A stretch of 64,000 nucleotides of DNA from Dicyema japonicum. Lineage: Eukaryota; Animalia; Dicyemida. The DNA lies in the NCBI GenBank assembly GCA_011109175.1, contig RDEW01000027.1, positions 860,277 to 924,276 on the forward strand, written 5' to 3'. The position numbers were made by a program, and so were the translations under genes. How positions within the stretch are numbered: position 1 is the first letter of the stretch; every line of letters begins with the position of its first letter. The notes under the pieces were generated by a model, which ran no database searches, had not been told where the DNA came from, and saw nothing but the letters and a program-made list of their open reading frames with translations. Positions 38,580 through 49,900 of the stretch are shown here, piece by piece.

Positions 38580-39285
38580 ATGTCTGGCGATGAATTCGAA
38601 AGTTTTGAAACCAAAGTAGACGAAATCAGTAAAAAATAAAATAATTATAATCAGCAAGGTTGATTAAAGACATGAATTCACCAAACGAAGAAATTCAACT
38701 GAGAGCTCTAGAAGAAGCCGATAAATACTGCCAGCAAACTCAAGGTTAAACAAAATCAATTTTTTAGGCAAAACTACAAGATTTGACAGGAATATTTTTA
38801 ACAAACCTAAAAAAGATGACGAATCACACCAAAGTAGTTCTCGGAGTAACTTTCAGACCAATTCTTGATGTCAATGGAGGAGGATGCCAAGCGGAGAAGT
38901 CTTGACCGTAAAAAACGTTACCAAAAGCCAACGTATTGAAAGATAAAGGAGTGGAGGATTACAAGAGTGGAAACTATGAAAATTTTACTGAAGTTGTCTA
39001 TTCTACAACTTTAGGCGTTGAAAATGACTAAAGATTACGGTGAAGTTTATTTTTTTATGGAATGCGAGGACAGGTACTACTGATGATGGAAAGGTTCGAA
39101 GACGCATTGAAGGACTGCGAATCATGCTTAGAAGTTATCTTTAATATTATTTTAGTTAACCTGTGATAAAAAAGTCTGTGTAAGAAAGCTCAAGTGTCTT
39201 ATAAAGTTGGGAAGAGACCGAGAAGCATATTCATACTTGGGAGAATGTATCAAACTATTTCCAAGCTATGAGGAACTGTTTAATA
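38580..39285 (+). pseudogene. TTC12: TTC12 homologue, 5' TPR part; frameshifted and interrupted
   Basis: Spliced with 22-26 nt introns it reads FETKVDEITRLIKDMNS, FLMSMEEDAKRRS, ANVLKDKGVEDYKSGNYE and MERFEDALKDCESCLE, matching the TTC12 N-terminus and TPRs. At least two 1-bp frameshifts; runs into an RT fragment. Confidence 0.75.
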
Positions 39286-40320
39286 GTAATCACAGATGGC
39301 TTCAACATGAAGACGCACTTACGTCTATAGATATACAGAAAGCCTTCGACTCGGTTTCGAAGATTCTCCTAACAAAGAAGATCTTTAACTCAAATTTACA
39401 TCCGAGCGTCATGCTATGGCTGGAAAATTTCTTAAATGGCCGACGTGGAAGAGTCCGGATTGGAAAAATTACTTCAAAATCAAGACTACTCCCTAATGGG
39501 GTCCCACAAAGCTACCCTCTGTCTCCTCTCTTATTTAACTTATTTCTACACGATTTACCTAATGATCAGGACACCATGTTTTTATCTTATGCGGACGACA
39601 TGATTATCGCTGCAAGGAACAAATCTGCTGCCAGAGCTGTGGCGGTGGTTCAGTCACACCTCAAACAGGTGTATGACTGGCTATCCAGAAATTTGCTGTC
39701 TGTGTCTGCATCCAAGTCTCAGTTCACGCTATTTACTACGGACAGAAGATTTAAAGGTGGACTTGAGATATTCCTCGGAAACATTCCCATCCCTTATAAA
39801 CGAATCCAGAAGATCCTTGGAGTAACTTTCGATAGAAGCCATCGTAAAGAAGAGCCCCTTCCTTCCTACTGCTTGGATCAGCAAAGTAAACCTTCAAGTT
39901 ATTGCGCCGACGATTGAATATGCTTGTTCTGTCTGGAGATTCGCCATTCCTACTACGAGGGTGGAGCGTGTGAATTCTCTCAGACGGAAAATCATGAGGC
40001 AAATACAATCAGACTCCACATCCGTCCCCAGTCTGCTTTCAGAGGAGACGACAGTGAGAAATGGCCTGGGCTTCCTACGTATTTGAAATAAGCTAGGAAA
40101 CCCATTCAGAGAGAGGGTGGTTCATGCAGAGGAATTCAGATCGGCATTAAAAAAGTGCACTCAGATAGAATTCCTTTGCAGAAATAAAAGAAGACACCTC
40201 AGAAACGATGTTGGTTCACTGGCGAGCATTCGAAAAGAATTCGAGAGATGTTGGAGGCAGGGATCACTTAATTTAGCAAGTTAATTCCTTCTTTCTTGGG
40301 GTTTAAAATAAAATAAATAA
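39286..40320 (+). mobile_element. 5'-truncated I/Jockey-like LINE (RT motifs to 3' end, family B)
   Basis: SIDIQKAFDSV, GVPQSYPLSPLLFNLF, SYADDM and LGVTFD; 3' end GGGATCACTTAATT...AAATAAAATAAATAAA. Confidence 0.88.
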
Positions 40321-40999
40321 ATGAAATGTTTTCTGAAAAAAATTTTTTTTCTTAGTTTGAGTATTGACCTCGCAGCTCTGGACTGTGATATAATTTAACT
40401 CATTAATAAAAATGGCAAAGAACGGCGCCAGTTATGACTGCTTGTGCTGTGCTTACCAAATATTGTAAGCTTGGAGTTAATAAATAAATAGTACGTTGGG
40501 GAGGATTTGAATTATTGAAAAAGCCAACGATATACTGATTGAAATTAGAGAGATGTGTAGGTGTTGAGGACGAATAATGTATTATTTATTCATAAAAGGA
40601 AGATGCAAAAAGAACGAAAGACATCTCGTGCATCGTCCAGTTTATATCCATGTGTTTGGTGAGAAAGAAGAGCTTCGAATAAATCACATTTATTTATTTG
40701 ATAAGCTCAGATATACCATAAGAAGTTTAGAGTTAGTTGACGTTTATTATATATAACTCCCACGGTGGATTCAGACTTTCCTACCACCATGTCCATCCAT
40801 ATCCGTCATTAGTAGAACCCTTTCACTGGAGTAGGAAAGAGATAGATCTTTGCTATCTGGTCTCCGAATAAATGAATTTTGAATTTTTGATTTTAATTTT
40901 AAATAAACTCATAATTTTTTTTATAATTTAACCTAATTTGAATTAACCAACTCATTAATCATTTTAGTATTATTTAAAACAACAAACAGTGAGGTAAGT

Positions 41000-43900
41000 T
41001 CACATGCAAGTTTTGCAATAGCAGGAAGCATATTTGGGGATTTTTACTCGCTTACTACTTTCACCACATTTCATGTCGAAAAATATAAGTGGATCGTTTT
41101 TATCAACTATACCTCCACAACACTTGCAGTCGTTCTGAAAGTGCACATTTGCGTTCCAAATTAAAATTTAAAATACTTTAAAATTCACTACTGTCCCAGA
41201 ATCGCAGTTTCCCCCACAATATGAATATGTTACGTTGTTGGAGGAGCATTCGCTATTTCTAAAGACTTCAGTCGTAGTCTTGAGACCACAATTTATCTTC
41301 TAAAACTGGAAATCTTTGAATAACCTCTGGAAGCACAGATCTCGATGTTTATATCAGTTATTTCGATTACATTATCTAAATATTGGTCCTTCTTCGTAAA
41401 GATGAAGGTTATTTGCTGAGCCAAAATTGGCTTCATGAACAGTAGGGATGATTTCTGAGGATATCGAACAATCATAGTCTAAGCATTAGTCTCATGGATG
41501 ACCTGATCGTGTTCAAGCCCGTCGGCAGATTCAAGAAGTACTTGAATGCTTGAAATAAACGTGTTTTTAGATTTTAGATCAAGGGATATGATTTCAAATT
41601 CTTGCTTGAACTTCACTGTGAAATTCGCGTTGTTTTCTCGGGCAAACCACCCTTCCTCAGAGAGAAGATCCATTGGTGATTCTTCACTGGATGTTACTTG
41701 GAAGTGATCTTTGTTTTCTTGTGTAAATATAGAAACAGCATTGCAAGCTAAATTCTCAGATCAAAAATTACTTTCCGGGTATTTTATGGTGGTCTTCGGT
41801 ATTTCTAACGATTACAACAAAATTTACCGTCGACTTTATTTTTAAAGCATCCCCTGACCACAAACTTATTGACAGAAACAGAAGAGTCAGTGAATTTTAG
41901 GATGAGCGTGTCAGTCAAAAAAGTTGCATTTTCAGTTTCAATATGATCAAATTTGACCAAACCACTCAAAGTTAACAAATTAGTCTAATTCTGCTTAAAA
42001 CTTACTACCTTGTAATATTTTTGTCCCATGTACTCATGTTCGATGTTTAACGAAACAAAGTTTTGGTTTGGGACAGTGAATTCGATTTCAGTGATAGTCG
42101 CTTCTAAATGTCTTGGGAATTCCAATTTTAAAAATGGGTTGATGTCATGAAGACGAGGAATCCATTCCTTCAATCAATTTCATCAAAATTACAATTTCGT
42201 TGGAGAATATGTTGGAAGGATGTGAATCTACTTGGAAACTCGAAGCTGAAATTAGCACGTGTTCATAATTTTGAGAACTGGCAATTTCAGTTACTTTATT
42301 TAGACAGGCTAAACAAATAAAAAGAGCACTACCAGTAGGGGGATGTTTACAAGACACAGTGACGTTTAATGGTTTTTTGGTAGTGGTTGCTATAAATTAA
42401 AATGAACAATACAAATAGTGGAGACATTAGATATCACGACGTCTAAAAATTAAAAAAAATAAAAACTATCGTCTGAACAGCCCACAATATCAACAGAAAT
42501 AACTCTAAGGTTAGGACATGAGGAAATGTTGTAAAAATATCCACAGTTGAATTTAATGGATAAATATTGTACTACGAGAGGACCTGAAGAACCAAAATTC
42601 ACGTGTAAATTATGTGAAGAAAAATCGAGTTGATAAGTCTCAAATTAATAAAAATAATACGGAATGGTATTTTAACTCGTTGGAATAATTCCCCGTTTAA
42701 AATTTCGACGGAGATGACACCAGACAGCTGAATATTTAAAGATAATATTTTTGGATTGAATAATTTAAATCGGAAAGTAAGAAACGGGTCCTCTGACTCA
42801 GTAGTCCAAAATCCGGAGTCAGTAAAAATGTTAGAGACAGGATGATCGAGGGTGGAAGGACTAGAATGAACCTCAATGAGTGATCTAGGAAATTCAGAAG
42901 GTGGAGAAGAACAATAATCTAGAGAAAATAAAAATAATTACTAGGTAGAGAACGGGAGAAGTCAAAGCAGAAACTGTGGAAGATTTAAGCGTAGAAGATT
43001 TTTGAGTAGATGAAAACTTAGCTGTGGTCGGAGTAGAATATTCGAAAGTTGAAGGTTTGTTTTCAGCTTAAAAATTATTAGAATAAGAATTTACTTGTAA
43101 TCGATGGCAAAGGAAACGTGGTTTTAATTCAGTAGATCGGGAAGGCAAAATCAATTCTGTAGAGTGAATTTTAGTAGTTTTAAATGTTGGTTCAGGCAAC
43201 TGTTTAGATGTAGGTGATTGAGTAGAAGATTTTGTTTCAAAGGTAGTTAATTCTTATTTACCATTTAAAATGATATAGCTCACCTGTAATTGTAGGAATA
43301 ATTTTTGTAGTAGCTTTCTCAGTTAAAATAGTTGGAATAAACTTTTCAGTTGTTACAGGTTCTGTTGTGAACATCTCTTCTGTAGTAAAGAATTCTGTAG
43401 TATAGAATTCCGTAGTAAAATCTGAAGTTGTCGTGATCTCTTCTAAACATAACGAACATTATATTCTTAACGAGTTATTGTAGGCATAATATTCGTTGTT
43501 TCCATTTCAGTAACATATGGCGGTATTATTTTTTGTGTTGTTTGTGATTCTGTAGTGTAAATTGGAATTTCTGTGGTAGAACCAAGAGTTTCTGTTGTAG
43601 TTATCTCTTCTAAACAATATGAACAATATATTCTTAACGCGTTATCGTAGGCATAATTTTCGTTGTTTCCTTTTCAGTAACAATTGGCGGTATTATTTTT
43701 TGTGTTGTTTGTGATTCTGTAGTGTGAGTTGGAATTTCTGTGGTAGAACCAAGAGTTTCAGTTGTAGTTATCTCTTCTAAACAATATAAACAATATATTC
43801 TTAACTCGTTATTGTAGGCATGATTTTTGTTGTTTCCTTTTAGTAACAATTGACGGAATTATTTTTTGTGTTGTTTGTGATTCTGTAATGTAAATTGGAA

Positions 43901-46900
43901 TTTCTGTGGTAGAACCAGAGTTTCAGTTGTAGTTATCTCTTCTAAACATATGAACAATATATTCTTAACTAGTTATCGTAGGCATAATTTTCGTTGTTTC
44001 CTTTTCAGTAACAATTGGCGGAATTATTTTTTGTGTTGTTTGTGATTCTGTAGTGTGAGTTGGAATTTCTGTTGTAGAACCAAGAGTTTCAGTTGTAGTT
44101 ATCTCTTCTAAACATTATGAACAATATATTCTTAACTAGTTATCGTAGGCATAATTTTCGTTGTTTCCTTTTCAGTAACAATTGGCGGAATTATTTTTTG
44201 TGTTGTTGTGATTCTGTAATGTAAATTGGAATTTCTGTTGGTAGAACCAAGAGTTTCAGTTGTAGTTATCTCTTCTAAACAATATGAACAATATATTCTT
44301 AACTAGTTATCGTAGGCATAATTTTCGTTGTTTCCTTTTCAGTAACAATTGGCGGAATTATTTTTTGTGTTGATTGTGATTCTGTAGTGTGAGTTGGAAT
44401 TTCTGTGGTAGAACCAAGAGTTTCTGTTGTAGTTATCTCTTCTAAACAATATGAACAATATATTCTTAACTAGTTATCGTAGGCATAATTTTTGTTGTTT
44501 CCTTTTCAGTAACAATTGGCGAAATTATTTTTTGTGTTGATTGTGATTCTGTAGTGTGAGTTGGAATTTCTGTGGTAGAACCAAGAGTTTCTGTTGTAGT
44601 TATCTCTTCTAAACATATGAACAATATATTCTTAACTAGTTATCGTAGGCATAATTTTTGTTTCCTTTTCAGTAACAATTGGCGGAATTATTTTTTGTGT
44701 TGATTGTGATTCTGTAGTGTGAGTTGGAATTTCTGTGGTAGAACCAAGAGTTTCTGTTGTAGTTATCTCTTCTAAACAATATGAACAATATATTCTTAAC
44801 TCGTTATTGTAGGCATGATTTTCGTTGTTTCCTTTTCAGTAACAATTGGCGAATTATTTTTTGTGTTGTTTGTGATTCTGTAATGTAAATTGGAATTTCT
44901 GTGGTAGAACCAAGAGTTTCAGTTGTAGTTATCTCTTCTAAACATTATGAACAATATATTCTTAACTAGTTATCGTAGGCATAATTTTTGTTGTTTCCTT
45001 TTCAGTAACAATAGGCGGAATTATTTTTTGTGTTGATTGTGATTCTGTAGTGTGAGTTGGAATTTCTGTTGTAGAACCAAGAGTTTCAGTTGTAGTTATC
45101 TCTTCTAAACAATATGAACAATATATTCTTAACTCGTTATTGTAGGCATAATTTTCGTTGTTTCCTTTTCAGTAACAATTGGCGGAATTATTTTTTGTGT
45201 TGTTTGTGATTCTGTAGTGTGAGTTGGAATTTCTGTGGTAGAACCAAGAGTTTCTGTTGTAGTTATCTCTTCTAAACATTATGAACAATATATTCTTAAC
45301 TAGTTATCGTTGGCATAATTTTGTTGTTTCCTTTTCAGTAACAATTGGCGGAATTATTTTTTGTGTTGATTGTGATTCTGTAGTGTGAGTTGGAATTTCT
45401 GTGGTAGAACCAAGAGTTTCTGTTGTAGTTATCTCTTCTAAACAATATGAACAATATATTCTTAACTCGTTATTGTAGGCATAATTTTCGTTGTTTCCTT
45501 TTCAGTAACAATTGGCGGAATTATTTTTTGTGTTGTTGTGATTCTGTAGTGTGAGTTGGAATTTCTGTGGTAGAACCAAGAGTTTCTGTTGTAGTTATCT
45601 CTTCTAAACATATGAACAATATATTCTTAACTAGTTATCGTAGGCATAATTTTTGTTGTTTCCTTTTCAGTAACAATTGGCGGAATTATTTTTTGTGTTG
45701 ATTGTGATTCTGTAGTGTGAGTTGGAATTTCTGTGGTAGAACCAAGAGTTTCTGTTGTAGTTATCTCTTCTAAACAATATGAACAATATATTCTTAACTA
45801 GTTATCGTAGGCATAATTTTTGTTGTTTCCTTTTCAGTAACAATTGGCGGAATTATTTTTTGTGTTGTTTGTGATTCTGTAGTGTGAGTTGGAATTTCTG
45901 TGTAGAACCAAGAGTTTCTGTTGTAGTTATCTCTTCTAAACAATATGAACAATATATTCTTAACTCGTTATTGTAGGCATAATTTTCGTTGTTTCCTTTT
46001 CAGTAACAATTGGCGGAATTATTTTTTGTGTTGTTTGTGATTCTGTAGTGTGAGTTGGAATTTCTGTGGTAGAACCAAGAGTTTCTGTTGTAGTTATCTC
46101 TTCTAAACAATATGAACAATATATTCTTAACTCGTTATTGTAGGCATAATTTTCGTTGTTTCCTTTTCAGTAACAATTGGCGGAATTATTTTTTGTGTTG
46201 TTTGTGATTCTGTAGTGTGAGTTGGAATTTCTGTTGTAGAACCAAGAGTTTCAGTTGTAGTTATCTCTTCTAAACAATATGAACAATATATTCTTAACTC
46301 GTTATTGTAGGCATGATTTTCGTTGTTTCCTTTTCAGTAACAATTGGTGGAATTATTTTTTGTGTTGTTTGTGATTCTGTAGTGTGAGTTGGAATTTCTG
46401 TGTAGAACCAAGAGTTTCTGTTGTAGTTATCTCTTCTAAACATATGAACAATATATTCTTAACTCGTTATTGTAGGCATGGATTTTCGTAGTTTCCTTTT
46501 CAGTAACAATAGGTGGAATTATTTTTTGTGTTGTTTGTGATTCTGTAATGTAAATTGGAATTTCTGTTGTAGAACCAAGAGTTTCAGTTGTAGTTATCTC
46601 TTCTAAACAATATAAACAATATATTCTTAACTCGTTATTGTAGGCATGATTTTCGTTGTTTCCTTTTCAGTAACAATTGGATGAATTATTTTTTGTGTTG
46701 TTTGTGATTCTGTAGTGTGAGTTGGAATTTCTGTGGTAGAACCAAGAGTTTCAGTTGTAGTTATCTCTTCTAAACAATATAAACAATATATTCTTAACTC
46801 GTTATTGTAGGCATAATTTTTGTAGTTTCCTTTTCAGTAACAATTGGCGGAATTATTTTTCGTGTTGTTTGTGATTCTGTAATGTAAATTGGAATTTCTG

Positions 46901-49900
46901 TTGTAGAACCAAGAGTTTCAGTTGTAGTTATCTCTTCTAAACAATATGAACAATATATTCTTAACTCGTTATTGTAGGCATGATTTTTGTAGTTTCCTTT
47001 TCAGTAACAATTGACGGAATTATTTTTCGTGTTGTTTGTGATTCTGTAATGTAAATTGGAATTTCTGTGGTAGAACCAAGAGTAGTTATCTCTTCTAAAC
47101 ATGATCAAGATTTATTATAACTCGTGATTGTTGGCATTACTGTTTTTGTCATTTTTTCTGTCACTTCAGTCGTTATTGGAATTATCTCTTCTGTTGCATG
47201 TTCGGTTTTATTTGTGTATTTCATTGTTGCTGTTATTTTTATTTATTAATCTTACTTTCTTTAATCGTCGATATTAATTTTCTAATCGTTGATGTCATCC
47301 GTTCTGGACTTTATATTATTTACCATCACCTGTTGTCGTCGGCCTATGTTTTTCATCTTTCAACGTGCTCGGTACTTCTTTGCTATATTAATTACTTTTA
47401 CCTATTTCATTTTTTCTTGTTGTCTGTACCTCTTTTTTCTCTAAATATTAATCCATGTTTTTACTTGGACAGCCAATTATATTAATTTTTGCCAAATTAT
47501 TTGTAATTATTTTATTTGTCAATGGATTTATGAACGTCATTTTTATTTTTTGTGTTTCGCTGTTAAGTCGCACGTCGAAATTTTCTGTGAACTCTTTCCG
47601 CTAAAATTTTCACGAATAACCATTACTTTTTCTTCGTTGTCTGTCTCTACAATAAGTTTCATTAGTTGCTCCGTCCTATTTACCTCACCATAAATTCTCT
47701 CCAATATCCATTCTTCGTTATTTAACAAGTCTATCTTAATGCTTCCATTCTTGGTTATTCCGACATTTTCGTAATCCATGTCGCCAATCGGAGTTTTTCC
47801 AATCAATCCCAACAATTTTACTGCGTTCTCACATATTCCTTCAATATTACTTACTTTCAACCTTTTGGTCTCTGAGTCGTCATTGGCTGCGTCACGTGGG
47901 GTATTACTATATTTATTAGTTATATTTTACAAATTTTTCCTCCACAGCCTATAACTTTCAGTTGATTCACAAATATGTCATTTTTGGTTATATTTTCGTT
48001 TATTGCATAGAACTCAAACTTTATGTCTCTCGCAGTGAAGTTGTGTTCTAGTATGAGCTCGAAATTCATGCTAAGGGAAATTATATTCTGCAAAATAGCT
48101 ACAAAGTACAACCTTGAGAATATAGTAATTTGAATCAGTATTTTTTTTGATTTTTACGATCACCCTGGCCGCGGAACTCATGTCAAATTTTATTGAAGTG
48201 ATTATTGGTAAGTCATGTTCCCCAAAATATAGGTTCAAAAAGACGTTAGAATCAAAAGCACTGGGATTCCACGCGTCCTGACTAATTTTTGCCATTTCTG
48301 CGGTTTTTCCTATTCCGTTTGAGGAAGATGAAATGATAAAGTAAGTTTCATTTAGTCTTGTTCCTCACAGACATTTTCAATTTTCTGCCCACAGTGGAAT
48401 ATTTTTAAGTTGTTTAGTTTTGCTTGATTTGAGGGATTTCCGTCTAACGTGAATAGTAATTTGAAATAATGATTTTTTCTGGCTGTTTCCGCAATATCGA
48501 ATCTGAAAAAGTTGTTAGAAACAGTCGATTCCTGAATATTAATACTCGGGGTGAACCATTTGATGGATCCATTCTTTTTCATTTTCATTTTTAGCCATTT
48601 TCAGTATTACATTGTCAGCAGATATCACGGCAGCCTGTATCTTCGCAATACGAATGCTTGCGTAAGGAATAGTGAAGTAAATCGCAGTTTCGTTGTCCCG
48701 ACTGTCAAAATTCCATAATTTTGAATCTGACAGAGAATTTTTGATAGTTTCATTATTGCTGGTACTCTGAATGTAAAATAGGTCAGTTTTGGTCAAATCT
48801 CTGTGGTTGCAGACTAAAATAATTTGTGCCAATTATTACTTCCATAGCAGTTACTTTCGTCGGATCCATCACCGCAGTCATCGTGGCCATCGCACGTTGC
48901 AACATATTTGACACATCCTCCGTTGTTGCACACGAATCCTGTTTGGTTTGTGCAAATATGCGATCTGCAGTCGATTTCGTCATTTCCAGTAAGGCAGTTA
49001 ACAACTCCATCACATCGAAGTTTGCTGTCGATGCATTCTCCGTATCCACAATCGAATTGGTTTGGCTTGTTACAAATTTCTTGATTTTTAAAAATAAGAT
49101 TACCGCAGTTATCCTCGTCTGTTCCGTCCATGCAGTCTGTTATTCCGTCGCATTTCATGGAAATGTCAATGACTCCGAGAAATATCGCAGCAGAAACTTC
49201 CATTTTTGCAGTTTGCGACTAAATTTAGGCCACAGTCAACTTCCACAGTTTTTTTCGTCTGATCCGTCAAGACAGTTAACTTTTCCGTCGCATTTATCCT
49301 TGAGTGGAAGACATTGTAGTCCGTTTGTGCACATGAACTCTTTTTTAGAACATTTAACGCAGTTTTCGTCAATACATTCAAATTGTCCATTTTTGCAGTT
49401 GCTGGATTAATAAATTTGAAAAGGAATCAACCATTTATGGCATCCTGTAATGATCTCTGAGCCAGATTCATAGTATTCTCCGTGAAGATGACAAGGACAG
49501 TGTTCATGTTCGACACATTTCCCATCAACTACATATAAATTCTAATAGTACCATCCTCATATAGACCATCAGGACAAAAACAGCCTTCGTGGCAGACCGT
49601 TTCGTTAACTGGGAGGAGATATTTAGAGGTTGAATAATCACATTTCTTTATCAGTGAGTTACCACAGGATTGATATTTTTTCCCTTCTGGGCACATGTAA
49701 GCTGCAATAAAGACAGTTTCTTACGGCAAAACGAAGTTGATCTCCACAAAACCTGGACTCCGTTATTACTGCATGTTTGGGCAAATGCCCCTACTGCGGT
49801 ACATAAACAAGCACAGTCTCCACCATAATCACAACTGTAAAGGAAATTGAGAATAATTACTGGCAGTCGAGCAATGTAGTAGAATGTTTCCACCACATCC

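Noticed and set aside
10495-39285. Functional cluster of cilia/dynein genes (INPP5E, roadblock, TTC12, LC8-motif protein)
   Set aside because: The genes are dispersed, on mixed strands and interleaved with unrelated genes; compatible with chance.
41000-41310. Stand-alone glycoprotein-hormone or cystine-knot gene
   Set aside because: It has no signal peptide of its own, lies on the same strand as and continues from the upstream exons, and sits where a vWF/mucin CTCK domain is expected.
43420-47130. CRISPR-like or non-coding satellite interpretation of the 167-bp array
   Set aside because: There are no unique spacers, and the units resolve into in-frame exons with GT-AG introns inside a eukaryotic gene.
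47198-49410. Plus-strand ORFs 47198-47485 and 48826-49410 and similar short ORFs opposite genes or LINEs
   Set aside because: Antisense shadows of real minus-strand coding sequence with no recognisable motifs.
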